The notes: generated by a model from the sequence alone, not told the origin. Counted from the stretch's first letter, positions 40,401 to 51,080 are shown. The stretch: 64,000 nt of DNA from GCA_000165345.1 CM000436.1:96001-160000; one strand, 5' to 3'. Numbers and translations are program-made.

Positions 40401-43400
40401 TAATTAATAGTGAACTTAATAATCGCGAATTAGTTCTTGGTAATGAAAATGACTATTTTGAACAAACTCGAATTCTCTTTGATGCTGTTATGCTTAAAAT
40501 CTTCAAAGTAACTGGCGAATTTGAAGGTCTTATGGACATTTACCTTAGAAATTGTCATCAGAGATTAGCAGACCAAAGAATTATGATTGATGATGGAGTT
40601 AGAGTTTATGAGAGATTATTTAGACAATTATTATGTACTTTAATTACTCTACTTGGAGTTAGCTCAGTTTGGTTTAATGATAAATCCATTCTAGTCACTT
40701 TAAAAGGTCTTAAATATATTTTTAGATCACTACAACTTATTCAAGAAGATCATTTCTTCCCATTGGCTCTAGAACAAGATCATGTTGGAGCCTTAGCCTT
40801 GTTAAAGCTTTCTCAAAACAAGACATGTTTTGAAAATGAAATCTTGGATTATATGGTTGTCAAATGTATGGATTCATTTTCTAGACTATTCTCTGATTCT
40901 AAAAAACAAGTTGAAATTCCCTCAATGACTTTTGAGAGCTATCTAATTCTATTAACTTCACTTGGAATTTGTATTTCACATATCATTTCTGATGTTGATA
41001 AAGATCATCTATCATTCTATTCTTGTACTAATTCACCAAAATCCATTTCAGCAACAACTTCTTCATCAGTTTCAGCTTCAAATGTTGGTAATAACAAAGA
41101 ACATCTTTATCTATTTAAAAAACTACAAAAATGGAAGAAGTATACTGGAATGGTCTTGGAGAAATACTTGTATCTATTAGATAGATTAATTGAGATCTAT
41201 AATGTCAAGATTATGGATCAAGATTCTTTCAAGAATATGGATGGCAATCATGGTAATTGTAGTCATAACAAAAATAAGATACCGGTAACTGATGATGAAA
41301 TTTGTCAAATTTATAATTTATTATTAGTGACTTACATGTTATTTTGTGGACTTGAAGCATTCTTTTCTTCAATATTTCCATGTAAGTATAGGCCGTATAG
41401 TTATGTAATACTTACAATAGGAGCAGAGAAATTTTCTCATTTGAATATTTTGGAATATAGCAAGAAATTATTCGAGTCAGAGAGTAATCTAAAATCTTCT
41501 ATTGCTGCTAAGATTTTAAAGGATGCTTCTAATTACATTTTAGGGTTCTTTTCAAAGGAGTTTTATTCAAGGATAAGAATTATTTTACGTTTATCATGTG
41601 CTATTTCACCAAATTGGTTACAAGTACTTTATCATCCATATACTTGTATAATATCTTGCATACTCCAATTACCATTTTTGAGTACGAATAATATAAATGG
41701 TGAGGGGGGAGGCTCAGACCTTCTTCTTGGGTTGTATAGATATATTGGTTATGATGAGTTCCAATTTCTTTCAATGGACGCTCCTTTTGGCAATCTACGT
41801 GGTTGCGTTGGTGTAATGGGTGGTCATATTATTACTAATAGTAATGGTAATAGTAATAACAGCAACTTGAATATGAGTATTAGCAGCAGTAGTGGTGGTA
41901 GTACCAGTATAAATATTATTAATAATAATAATAATATTAGTAACAATGGTAATAGTAATAATAACAGTAATAATAATCATATTAACAATAACAATAATAA
42001 TATTAATAACAATACTATTAATAATAACAATAATAGCGGAATTGGGATAGGAGGAATGATAGCAGGAATTACTGCTAATAATGGTGTTATGATTCCTAAT
42101 ATCCAGAGAGGTAGAGATTTGGGGAGTAAATGTAATTGTTGTTTTAATGGGGAAAATGAGGGTTTTGGTTCCAATGGGATAATAAAGAAAGGGTTGCATC
42201 CTATAATAACTTTGATCTACAAATTATTACTATTTAATAGGGGGTTAAATGTTGATGCAATTTCTATTACGAAATTGCTACAATCTAACTTTCGGGGTTT
42301 GGGAAACTTTAGTGTTGGTGGAAGTGTGATAACTGGAGGGACAGGAGCGGGAGTAGGAGTGGGAACGGGAATAGAGGTCGGTCTAAGTGGATGGTCACCA
42401 TTATCGTCATCATCCACTTTGGGTTTTGTCAGTAATGGCGGAAATAACCAGAAATATCTTAAGGACGTGTTTAATATGTTGAAAGGGGACTTAATGTTTT
42501 ACAGGGGTGATGGGGGGAATTGTCATAATGGTGACAATCATAATAATGATAATAATAATAATAATGCTTTTTCAAAAGTATGTATTTGCAATTATGTTCC
42601 AAATATTTTTTTACCATTGTCAGTAATGATGTTAAGGGTACCATATTTTACACTAAAAGGGAAGCAGAAATTTTTGGACCCAATATTGTCATTTATTAAC
42701 TCCTTTAAAACATTTAATGTGCATCCAATCATCCAGTTTTTGAGTTATTACTCTGTTAGTGTTTCTACTTTAACTAGCATAAATAGAGATGATTATAAGC
42801 TACAAGATTCGACGGGTTATTTTAGATATTTTAAGAAAGATTCTGGATTACAAGATGTAAATAAACTAAACACCTTTTGTATGTATGTGAATCAGATGAG
42901 TAATTTAGATGGTAATCTCCGAATGAATAATAGCAGAATTGATGATCATTGTTCTTGCTTGGAGTACCATGATGGCGTTTGTTTAACTTTACTATTATTG
43001 TTACAGAATTTGACAAATTTATCAGTAACTAATGATAACTGTTATCCTGGACAAGGGGGAGGTAATACTGGGATGGGAATTTTAGGTGGATGTAATGGAG
43101 CTTATAACGTGAATACAAGCTTCATTAAGATCGTTGGTACTCCGATACGAGCGAATTTGGAAGTATTTATAGAATATGTAATATCAAGATGTATAGTTAC
43201 ATTATTAATATGTATAGGAGCACAAAATTGTAATATAAAGAGAAGAGTAGAAAAGGAGAGGATTATGAATTACTATAATAATAATCCTATAGAGATGAAT
43301 TTAAATGATTATAATAGTTACAATGATGGTTCAAATGGGGCATTATCATCAATTAAATCAATATTCAATGAAAATAACAACAGCAGTAGAAGGATATTTA

Positions 43401-44515
43401 ATCAAGGAGGACCAGTAGTAGATAGAGGAATGATAATTACTACTCCAGGATCCGAAACAATACAAAATATTGGAATAAATGGAGGAGGTATAAGTATGAA
43501 TGGAACAGGATCATATTCTGTGTTATGCGGCAATAATGGTAATAATAGTAATAATAATAATATGAATATGAACAATGTGAATAACAATAATATAAGCTTT
43601 TCAGGGGAAAGTATTTATGATATGGAACCCGATCAGATTAAAGATGAGTTGAAACAAAATGAGATTAATGAAAGGTTTATACCACAAAAACTACTTTCAA
43701 ATCAAAGGTGGGTAGTAATTACAATAAAATATTTACTAGGAACAGAATTTACAAGTAGGATTAATAAACAACAAATTGAGAGATTATTTACAAGCTCAGT
43801 TTGGGGTGTAGAGTTGACAACAACCATTTTATTGGCAATTTTAGAATCATATTGTGATTCTGAATCCTTTTCAATACTTTCCGATATTTTGATTTTAATT
43901 AGACAATTACTTAACAAGAAACGTTTCAGAAATCTTTTAGAAGCTTCGTTCTGCAGACTTCCAATAAGAATGTTGATTCATTCAGCAAATATTTCAACTC
44001 ATTATCCGATGTTACACTTCCCATTAACAAATGGTATAAAAATGAATGATTATTTCTTAAGAAGGGATTTTGAGAAGAATTTAACAAAAAATCATGGAAG
44101 TAATTATCACCAGAAATCAAAGAGTTCTTTGGTTGCTTGTACAGTTCGACAGTTCGTCTATAGACTATTAGAGGAGAATTTCTTTTTAAATTCGAACATG
44201 ATGGATATGGGTTTTCCTCATAATGGGAATAATGGAAATGGTAATATGAATATTTTTGATTTCAATAGTGGTAATTTTGGTAAGAATTTTGTGAATAATG
44301 AAGAGTTTTCCCACATGCACGAGGATATGTCATTTGGCGGGAATGTGAATTATAAACTTCCATATATATTAAAGTCTTCATTTACATCAGATGTGATAAA
44401 GGATTTTATTCAACAGATTGTGAGCGTTTCAGTGTCTCAAACGAACAAGACAAAGTTCAGGCAGATTTTGAAAGAATTTTGCGTAAAATCAGTGTGCAAG
44501 AGAATGGATGAATAA
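37457..44515 (+). CDS. Giant hypothetical protein (about 2352 aa from first ATG) with long Asn/Gly-rich low-complexity inserts
   Basis: Single 7-kb ORF. The track start at 37433 is a TTG; the first ATG is 37457. Non-repetitive alpha-helical-looking segments are interrupted by poly-N and poly-G tracts (for example 41820-42060 and 43500-43580). No domain recognised. Confidence 0.65.
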   Translation: MHSNKRKHRKNKEFTNSWPLTLDHSLMESLTKNVSARETEFLEEVKLYKSRLINSNNSSTTLNSMILHYSDKFPADSFISRLYANPHSILFLFNIIPPLLSCSSTGTPFLSKERSEILTFVIQLLFKSLIKHCQIILSIDKRLDNSIVNLSMSLTHHIQTVFSGNQDLAIMMSSCTSLLIILSNSSANYIRNIVSNFEVVSGNLSYEYDCIRKMASRESIVSNNKLFQRLPFQNNLKIGNFISYLRYLEGIANLYLLNVERPNFLTPNKKATIEKVILSMSPVVLEQMEKLITIYFSQYKPENIFGDYSLFYDGEGARLKFIDFIAPIIIQTSLKWVSASQEISLRRFSKLHTSSYFDISKFPNILEMVLLPIRRDQISDEVSDIILNFLESYSAHLSLSNKHSVPISVLSKNILISSLLLSSSMNKDSTIFTLREELSLLNTNLNWLKVLIKYFKIFSHSLVPLLIIFDLMDLPLNSDLEKLEFEDPSIQDLYQEWIDTCSTTFLKIVFETISKASRISKVNRATFSAPIMITCGDYHQSKDLKSSVNDQSFIKSNFDIADMRVGLEMDLDLDLDHEIPRIIDDFGQTLGIDYRNDPDLGSGLLFLPETLNVNDNTKLPFNKLSQSNVHNSTSMIPNPIQFTDFKHQHIHHYQHQHQQHLMDVPDFNIQLGSESSHIFQKYRREVHYLMCCLSLITLRGSSEFILLSISGWGSLCNSLRISSSCSSYLEDLLMITNQTKFKPLEECFQKIKNQRENVSDKFADIDEIGLVGIQRYFVWSIVQLGEFPDELYNFEDHSDSYFPKFSQKKSNHLKIRESIRDAVRNAIFFPESPNIANPGFDDNDNNNINKINYHLSTNSRGIIKYILPFYSFQMFLKDTYLHLNGFNLVSYIGSGQIKIKRSIPNTNNIQIKSFIVRLESILHAFSAIIKKGLTSFPLRPNTTKITEKMGNDDLNRMYNNEDEIRSLLEMVNASLKIDDEDVINSELNNRELVLGNENDYFEQTRILFDAVMLKIFKVTGEFEGLMDIYLRNCHQRLADQRIMIDDGVRVYERLFRQLLCTLITLLGVSSVWFNDKSILVTLKGLKYIFRSLQLIQEDHFFPLALEQDHVGALALLKLSQNKTCFENEILDYMVVKCMDSFSRLFSDSKKQVEIPSMTFESYLILLTSLGICISHIISDVDKDHLSFYSCTNSPKSISATTSSSVSASNVGNNKEHLYLFKKLQKWKKYTGMVLEKYLYLLDRLIEIYNVKIMDQDSFKNMDGNHGNCSHNKNKIPVTDDEICQIYNLLLVTYMLFCGLEAFFSSIFPCKYRPYSYVILTIGAEKFSHLNILEYSKKLFESESNLKSSIAAKILKDASNYILGFFSKEFYSRIRIILRLSCAISPNWLQVLYHPYTCIISCILQLPFLSTNNINGEGGGSDLLLGLYRYIGYDEFQFLSMDAPFGNLRGCVGVMGGHIITNSNGNSNNSNLNMSISSSSGGSTSINIINNNNNISNNGNSNNNSNNNHINNNNNNINNNTINNNNNSGIGIGGMIAGITANNGVMIPNIQRGRDLGSKCNCCFNGENEGFGSNGIIKKGLHPIITLIYKLLLFNRGLNVDAISITKLLQSNFRGLGNFSVGGSVITGGTGAGVGVGTGIEVGLSGWSPLSSSSTLGFVSNGGNNQKYLKDVFNMLKGDLMFYRGDGGNCHNGDNHNNDNNNNNAFSKVCICNYVPNIFLPLSVMMLRVPYFTLKGKQKFLDPILSFINSFKTFNVHPIIQFLSYYSVSVSTLTSINRDDYKLQDSTGYFRYFKKDSGLQDVNKLNTFCMYVNQMSNLDGNLRMNNSRIDDHCSCLEYHDGVCLTLLLLLQNLTNLSVTNDNCYPGQGGGNTGMGILGGCNGAYNVNTSFIKIVGTPIRANLEVFIEYVISRCIVTLLICIGAQNCNIKRRVEKERIMNYYNNNPIEMNLNDYNSYNDGSNGALSSIKSIFNENNNSSRRIFNQGGPVVDRGMIITTPGSETIQNIGINGGGISMNGTGSYSVLCGNNGNNSNNNNMNMNNVNNNNISFSGESIYDMEPDQIKDELKQNEINERFIPQKLLSNQRWVVITIKYLLGTEFTSRINKQQIERLFTSSVWGVELTTTILLAILESYCDSESFSILSDILILIRQLLNKKRFRNLLEASFCRLPIRMLIHSANISTHYPMLHFPLTNGIKMNDYFLRRDFEKNLTKNHGSNYHQKSKSSLVACTVRQFVYRLLEENFFLNSNMMDMGFPHNGNNGNGNMNIFDFNSGNFGKNFVNNEEFSHMHEDMSFGGNVNYKLPYILKSSFTSDVIKDFIQQIVSVSVSQTNKTKFRQILKEFCVKSVCKRMDE

Positions 44516-46319
44516 ATGTGAGCGTAACCTAAGATAGGTTTGTATGCATGTGGTAATTTTGTATAAGGGCGTACATTAGTGAATGATATTATATATATTT
44601 GTATATATATGTATATGTGCTTATATGTTATAAATATTTATATATAACAATTACAATGTTGTAACCATATTACAAAATGAATACAGATACGCCTGTATGC
44701 AATACTTTATTTTGGGTTTGCCTTTTTTTCCTATTTCAATGTTTTTTTTGCAAGGCAATCTCTTCTTCTTGATTCAATATTGTTTTCTTTTTTTTTGTAA
44801 CATTTTGAATAGTGGGATGCTTTGGAAAGAAAGATAACTTGAAAAAGGGGGAAAGTGTGAACGGTTTTAATATAAAAAATAATATTGAATACAAATCACG
44901 GAGAGATGGTGGGAATATTACAAAGCTAATATGTGTCATTAATTAATTTGATAAAAATTGAAATGGTCTTGTGGGTTTGAGTTTTTGATTACTAATTATT
45001 TAAATGAGGGTTTTTAAAAAAAAAAAAATAATAAAAGAAATGGATTTATTGATAATTTGAGATTAGGTAAAGAAATAATTTTAAAAAATGATTTAAAGAA
45101 ATGATGATTTTGTTTTCTTTAATATTATTACTCTCAATAATAACTAAGTTCGGGCCTTGACACAAATACAGAAAAAATAAGGCGGCAACTCTGGTGCTCA
45201 TAATGCTTCCAGAACTTTAATATAGCCAAGAAGGTCTAACAATTCCAAGCAAGAAAGTCAATGTTTGGTTGGATTATGGGTAATTGGGGTATTTAAAAAA
45301 AGATGTATTTGAAATATGATTTTGGGGGATCCTGGGGACTTTTTTTTTTTTTTTAGATGATACATATTAATGGACAAGGTATTTCTTCACAAGTAAGAGT
45401 TAAAGCTCTTGTGAAAGAAAAAATTTAGGCTAACAATCGAAGGAGAGGGAATTGTTGATCATTACATTCAATATTTATTTTTTAGCTTGCTTAGTATTTA
45501 AATTTGTTGAAAAAAAGAAAAAAAGAAAAAAAAATCATTTGTCATTGGGGTTTATATTGGATTGCTATTAATAAATATTGGAATGCTGGTTTTTCTAACA
45601 TTTCGATATGTATTACCGATGTTCAATGATTATTTGTATTTATTTAAATAATGAATGAATGTTTATGAATACACTCGAATATATCATTTTCAATTTAAGA
45701 TAAGAGGCAATTATGATCATTTTTTCCTCTCGTTTCTTGAGGAAATGATGATTAATATATTGTGGGGGAGGAAAGTAGAGTTGTTCTTCTCGAGTAAAGT
45801 TTTAGATTGTGAATTAGGTGGGCAGATGGCGTGAGAGTTTTGAGATATGGATGAGTTTGAGTGGGTTTTGGATGCAGGATGGTGGCGAGTGCGTTAAAGG
45901 AGGATTAGAGGAGGGGGAGAATAGAGAAATTAGAGTGAAAGGAATTTAAGGAGTTAAACTTAGAGATTAGCAATATGAATATTTGTTAGGATTTATTGCG
46001 GATGTTTTTTGAGAAAATTTAGTTTGGTATGAATGAGTGAAATAGAAACTTGTGCAATCTCACCTGATTTTGTGAAATATCATTTTTCATTGGAATTGAA
46101 AGGTAATCTTGTGATTCGGTTATAACTCTGAAATTTTAGTCAATTTTCTAGAGTTAGTAAGATGTTGTCATAGGAATATGTTGTTTCAAATTGTACATAT
46201 TCTGAATTAAATTTGTTAATTTGTTTGTGTCATGTTGAAACATGCAGTGGCGCCATTAACTAATTTTGTTAATTGTATTAGTAGTATTTAAATTTAAAAA
46301 AAAAAAAAATCAAGAAAAA

Positions 46320-47073
46320 ATGAAGATAACAAAAAAGAGTATATTACTTTATATACCAAATTTGATAGGTAAGTTTTCTTGTAAATCATTTATAAATATG
46401 AGAAAATATTAATAGCCTTGACTTAAATTATAAACTTTATAACAAAGGGTACTTAAGAATATTATTGGGATTGACACCACTAATTATTAGTACCGAGTAT
46501 TACTATATCTCAATACTTTTCTATGGAATAAGTCAGATTTTAGATGCATTTGATGGATATTTTGCGAGATTATTATCTCAAGAAACAAAATTTGGAGCTA
46601 TATTAGATATGATTACTGATAGATGCAGCACAGTAATAATAATAATATTAGCAATCACATTAAATAAGAGCTACACATTTTTGATGATAATATTTTTGAT
46701 AGGAGATATTTCTGGTCATTGGCTATACATGATTTCAAGTATTTCATCAGGAGGAAGTTCACATAAAAGTATTAAAGAAGAAATGTGGCCGATTTTAAAA
46801 TTATATTATTCAAAAAAACCATTATTATTTACATTACATGCATGTAATGAAGCTTTATGGTTAATTTTATATGGCCAGGGATGTATTTACGATAAAGCTA
46901 CAAACCTAAAACAATTAAATCAAATTGATAAAAAATTCATTCTAGTAACATCATACTCTCTCTACATGATTCTGCCACTTGCCTTGATCAAAAATATAAT
47001 AAATTTTGTTCATTTATTTTATGGTTGTAATATTATTTTGGAAACTGATGTTAAAGAAAGAATGAAAAATTAA
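46320..47073 (+). CDS. PIS: CDP-diacylglycerol–inositol 3-phosphatidyltransferase (phosphatidylinositol synthase), join(46320..46368,46448..47073), 224 aa
   Basis: Exon 1 MKITKKSILLYIPNLI + G joins to YLRILLGLTPL…, giving the canonical N-terminal IPNLIGYLRI. CDP-alcohol phosphatidyltransferase motif DAFDGYFARLLSQETKFGAILDMITDRCST. Intron is GTAAGT…acaaAG, 79 nt, phase 1. Confidence 0.7.
46369..46447 (+). other. Spliceosomal intron (79 nt) in the PI synthase gene
   Basis: GTAAGT donor at 46369 and AG acceptor at 46446-46447. Splicing restores the conserved NLIGY motif and the reading frame. Confidence 0.65.
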
Positions 47074-47245
47074 TGCACACAAAAGGCGGGTTGTAGTAAA
47101 ATATCAATTTATTTTTAAATTTTCTAGTATCGCTAATATTTGTTTTTTAGTTACTAATCTTAAAATGCCTACCTTTGCTCTAATATTCTCCCGACTCTTC
47201 TTTTGTATGAATTGAATACATGCATACAACGCATAATATCTACTT

Positions 47246-50200
47246 TTACTTATCACTAGCGCTTGCCCCGCTATTATCAGCCTCTGGATTTCGCTCCAGA
47301 ATTACAATATCCTCAATAGCACTACAAGCTGGAACAAATTCATCAGTTGCTAACTCTGCTCTCTCATTAAACCCAAGAAGAACTGGAGTGTTGTGTGTCT
47401 GGAATCCCGTAATCTTTCTTGGATTCCCTGCTTGCCCTACAGTGTCTACCATCTGCCCCACACGTACCAGAGTTTGTATTGGCGCCAATGACGTGTCGAC
47501 TGTGACAACATGTCTGGGAGTAATAGCAGGAACAATTGAGAGTAAAAGATAATGATAATTGCCAAAAAGAATAGTTCTAGACCTTAGAGCAAGATGGAGA
47601 GTTGTGATAATGGAAACCAGACTTATTGGATTTAAAAGAAGTTTGTTTGCGTGGCAAGGATTCACTGTTACGAGACCTTTACCCATATATAGAAAACCTT
47701 GAGCAATTCTGACTGCATAAAGAGCATGCTTATCTTTTCCATAATACGAGGCCAACTGTCTCAGTAAGTTGGCAGTTCTAGAGTTATTTGTCCCTGCTGA
47801 AATTAATCCAAGAGCAAAAATTGCATTAAGAGCAACATCTGGATCGGAATCGTGGGTTAGTTTGGAAATTGTGTCTATCAACACTGGTTTAGGATTTCCA
47901 ATTGAAAGGGCAGCCAAACTTATTGGAACAGCTCTTCTAATAAAAACTGATGAGTATTGAAGGACATTGTCAAGTGCTCTAAGTGCCATTTCAGTTCCAA
48001 TTTCTTCTCCAAGACTTATTAATGCCATGTTTAATACGCATACTAATACTGAAATATCTGATTCATCATCATCCATTTGATCTTCATCCTCAGGTAGCTT
48101 CTTTCCTCCTTTAGCAAGGGTCTCCTCAACAAGAACTCTCTGCATTTCTTGGATCTTAAGTACATCTCCTGATCCTGTGTATGCACACCCAACCACAGTT
48201 TGTCTGCAGTGAGCTCCTATTGGATGAGTTATCGCAGAAAGAGCTTCCAAAGTTGTCTCACAAGCCTCTCGTTTTCCCAAAAAGAGTAATCCTAGACATA
48301 ATCCATAAAGGATACTTAAAGGATCATCTAAGAAGGAATTACTTTCAAGTTGTGAATCTCCTGTAGATTTCTTTTTATCTTCGCCACTATTAGATAAATC
48401 TCCATCTTCCATACTTGCACTAGTGAGTCCAATTGTCAGAAGAAGGTCCAAAACAGCTTCAATAATACTCTGATTTCCGGATCCTGAGAATATTAGTCCT
48501 AATGATAAAGCAGAAATAGCTGAACATTCTAAGCTTGAGAAAGGATCNATNNNGATTGGAATTAGTAATTCCAAGNTATCTTCTCGGCAGGTACCAATAT
48601 ATGAATAACCAAGGCCTAAAATAGCACCCATTCTAATGGTATAGTTTGGAACAGCCGTTTTGATTATTGAAATCTTATTATCATTTGAGTTATTTGCTGA
48701 TTCACCAACTATTTCCATCTTTACATCATCCCCTCCATCTTTACTACCGCTAGTAGCTACCTCTTGGATTGGTTCGTCTCCAGAATTGATATATTCAGAT
48801 AAAAGAGCAAAAGAAGGATCACAGTCGTTCTTGATTCTGATAGAAATTAATCCAAAAGCTATTAGAGCACCAGCTTTAATAAATGGATCATCACTCCACT
48901 GAAACTTATCAATGTTAGCCAAACCTTCATCAATATTCCAAAGATTAATCACTCCCAAGGAGGCACTTACTGCCATCTTTCCGGAATCCTTATTCTTATA
49001 GAGCCAGGATGAATCATCCTCTCCAATTAGTTTATCCTTACAAAATCCAACATTTACTAAGGCATTCACATATGTGGATGCTAAATTCTGTTTTGCTGTA
49101 TCCAAAACCATCATTGATCTACTAGAATACCTACCATTATTTTCCAGGTGGGTCTTGTAAATTTCCTCTGGAGTTTTTGGCTCAAGAACCTCCAATTCTT
49201 TTGCTAAGAATAAATAAAATTTGCTAAGATATTCATTTGAAAAGATACCTTCAATTATGGATAGCTCAGATTCTCCATAGATCTTACAGAAATCCCTGCT
49301 AACTAAATGAGCTTTAAGCTCCTCTAAGTCTATATTACTTGAGAATTTAGCAAGTTGGAAGAAGATTTGCTTCAAAATACTCAATCCTGAGACTCTGAAA
49401 GTGTTTGATGAGCTTGAGATATTAGAATCATTGGCCTCATCCTTAACTTTGTCCTTCTTTGATTCATATGACATTATATCATCTATTACAGAAAATACTT
49501 TCTCTTTACAATTTTGACCATCCAATTTAAGTGCTATAGAAACAGCCCAAGAGTGCTTTTCAAAGCTTAAAAGTAGCTCAAAGCAAAGTTTCAGATATAA
49601 ATCATGTTCTTCTGCTGATATAGCATATTGAGAAAGTTGTTGTAGGTATAATACGATCCTTTCCATTTGTTCAATATCAATTTTAGCTAAATATTCCAAT
49701 AATGTCTCCATTTGCTCGACTTCACAGAGCAGATCAATAGCTTCCAGTTCACAGTGCTTCTCAATCTGATAAGGTACCATAATCTTAACCAGTTCAAGGA
49801 GATCAGAAACATCTGCTTCTTGATCTGAGACTCCTGATAAGTCTTGGTTTGTTTGTCTTTCTGAATATTCTAATGTAATTTCACCTACAATATTTCTGAC
49901 ATACTCTTGACCCCAGTCTAATATTCCTTTCTTGTTTCCAGAAAGTAATCTATACTTTAAAGCTCTTTTCTCTTTCATATCCCCCAAAGTAGTTGATAAA
50001 ACAGAAATAATCTCACAAGAAAGTTCAGAAAGTTGACCTTTATTGGAAACCTGGGAATCACAAAATTCTTTCAGAGTTTCATAATGTATACCTAAGAACT
50101 TTAAAGCCTTTGGAACAGATGTCATTCCACTAGTAGATGTCTTTATTAAGCTCGAAAGGGATTCCAAGCTGGACTTAGAAACCTCAAACTCGGACTTTCC

Positions 50201-50362
50201 TGATACAACTTTCTCAACCAATTCATCTATTTCCTCTTTCAAAACTTTATCTTCCTCTGTTAAATCCATCATATCTACATTTGGAATTGATTCTACCTCT
50301 TTTAATCCCTCCTTCTTACCAGAATCCTCATTTTTGGACAAATTTTCTTTGTTTGACGTCAT
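47246..50362 (-). CDS. RPN2: 26S proteasome regulatory subunit RPN2 (PSMD1), 1038 aa
   Basis: Full-length similarity to RPN2, including the PC-repeat solenoid (…GALIAFGLI…; LGLGYSYIGT; AILGLGLI…) and an acidic N-terminus. Ambiguous bases at 48548, 48551-48553 and 48576. Confidence 0.85.
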   Translation of the reverse strand: MTSNKENLSKNEDSGKKEGLKEVESIPNVDMMDLTEEDKVLKEEIDELVEKVVSGKSEFEVSKSSLESLSSLIKTSTSGMTSVPKALKFLGIHYETLKEFCDSQVSNKGQLSELSCEIISVLSTTLGDMKEKRALKYRLLSGNKKGILDWGQEYVRNIVGEITLEYSERQTNQDLSGVSDQEADVSDLLELVKIMVPYQIEKHCELEAIDLLCEVEQMETLLEYLAKIDIEQMERIVLYLQQLSQYAISAEEHDLYLKLCFELLLSFEKHSWAVSIALKLDGQNCKEKVFSVIDDIMSYESKKDKVKDEANDSNISSSSNTFRVSGLSILKQIFFQLAKFSSNIDLEELKAHLVSRDFCKIYGESELSIIEGIFSNEYLSKFYLFLAKELEVLEPKTPEEIYKTHLENNGRYSSRSMMVLDTAKQNLASTYVNALVNVGFCKDKLIGEDDSSWLYKNKDSGKMAVSASLGVINLWNIDEGLANIDKFQWSDDPFIKAGALIAFGLISIRIKNDCDPSFALLSEYINSGDEPIQEVATSGSKDGGDDVKMEIVGESANNSNDNKISIIKTAVPNYTIRMGAILGLGYSYIGTCREDXLELLIPIXXDPFSSLECSAISALSLGLIFSGSGNQSIIEAVLDLLLTIGLTSASMEDGDLSNSGEDKKKSTGDSQLESNSFLDDPLSILYGLCLGLLFLGKREACETTLEALSAITHPIGAHCRQTVVGCAYTGSGDVLKIQEMQRVLVEETLAKGGKKLPEDEDQMDDDESDISVLVCVLNMALISLGEEIGTEMALRALDNVLQYSSVFIRRAVPISLAALSIGNPKPVLIDTISKLTHDSDPDVALNAIFALGLISAGTNNSRTANLLRQLASYYGKDKHALYAVRIAQGFLYMGKGLVTVNPCHANKLLLNPISLVSIITTLHLALRSRTILFGNYHYLLLSIVPAITPRHVVTVDTSLAPIQTLVRVGQMVDTVGQAGNPRKITGFQTHNTPVLLGFNERAELATDEFVPACSAIEDIVILERNPEADNSGASASDK
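48548..48576. other. Ambiguous bases (N) inside the RPN2 CDS
   Basis: n at 48548, 48551-48553 and 48576. The frame is preserved. Confidence 0.9.
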
Positions 50363-50754
50363 ATTACTTTGAATTCTCTCTTCCTAACTCTTCTAATTAT
50401 CTTATATTCCAATTCCCTCTCTCAAACCATTTCCTTATTACTTTGTTTTTTATTATTTTATTTTTATGTGAAAAAACGCTTTGCCTCTCAAAGCCTAAGC
50501 CAAGCTATTCACCCGCCCCACAGTTTTTTAATTTATTTTCTTATTTTTACCCTGCAATCTACTTACTCAAAAATTTATGTATTATTAAAATTTTCAGTGT
50601 GTGCGTGCTTATCAACCTCAAACCCTAATATTATTGCTTCCAAATGAATATCTAAACCGATAATATCCTGGTTTTTTTTAATAATATTAGAACTCTTATT
50701 ATCCTTTCCTTTTTTACCTGTATTTATTTTTTACCCTGGCATTATTACAAAAAC

Positions 50755-50792
50755 ATTTGGCGCCGGAATGTGGCGCTGATTTTTAAGCGGGC
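50755..50792. promoter_or_regulatory. Bidirectional promoter element with tandem E2F-like boxes (ATTTGGCGCCGGAATGTGGCGCTGA…AGCGGGC)
   Basis: Lies between divergent RPN2 (start 50362, -) and UEV (start 51081, +). Read directly. Confidence 0.45.
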
Positions 50793-51080
50793 TTGGAGCA
50801 TTTAAAATTATTTAGTTGATAATAATCGAGGAGGAAAATATTGGTAAAAGATAAATTATTATAGTAGGAGTTAAAGAAGGAGAAAGTTATTGTTAAGAAT
50901 TCAAGAAAAAAAAAAGATAAGGCACTGAAGTTTATAATTAGATTTTCTGTGTGTGTGATATAATTAACAAAATTTTTTGTTTTCTTGCAATCTTTCAATA
51001 AGGCAAGAGATACATTGGAAATAGGTTATTATAGTATAGGAATAAATAAATTGATTTATTACATTTTTTGTTGTTACACA

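Noticed and set aside
50985-51080. N-terminal 32 codons of track ORF 50985-51278 ([32 protein letters not shown])
   Set aside because: They are upstream of the conserved UEV/MMS2 start ([16 protein letters not shown] 51081). They have no counterpart in homologues and overlap promoter-like sequence.
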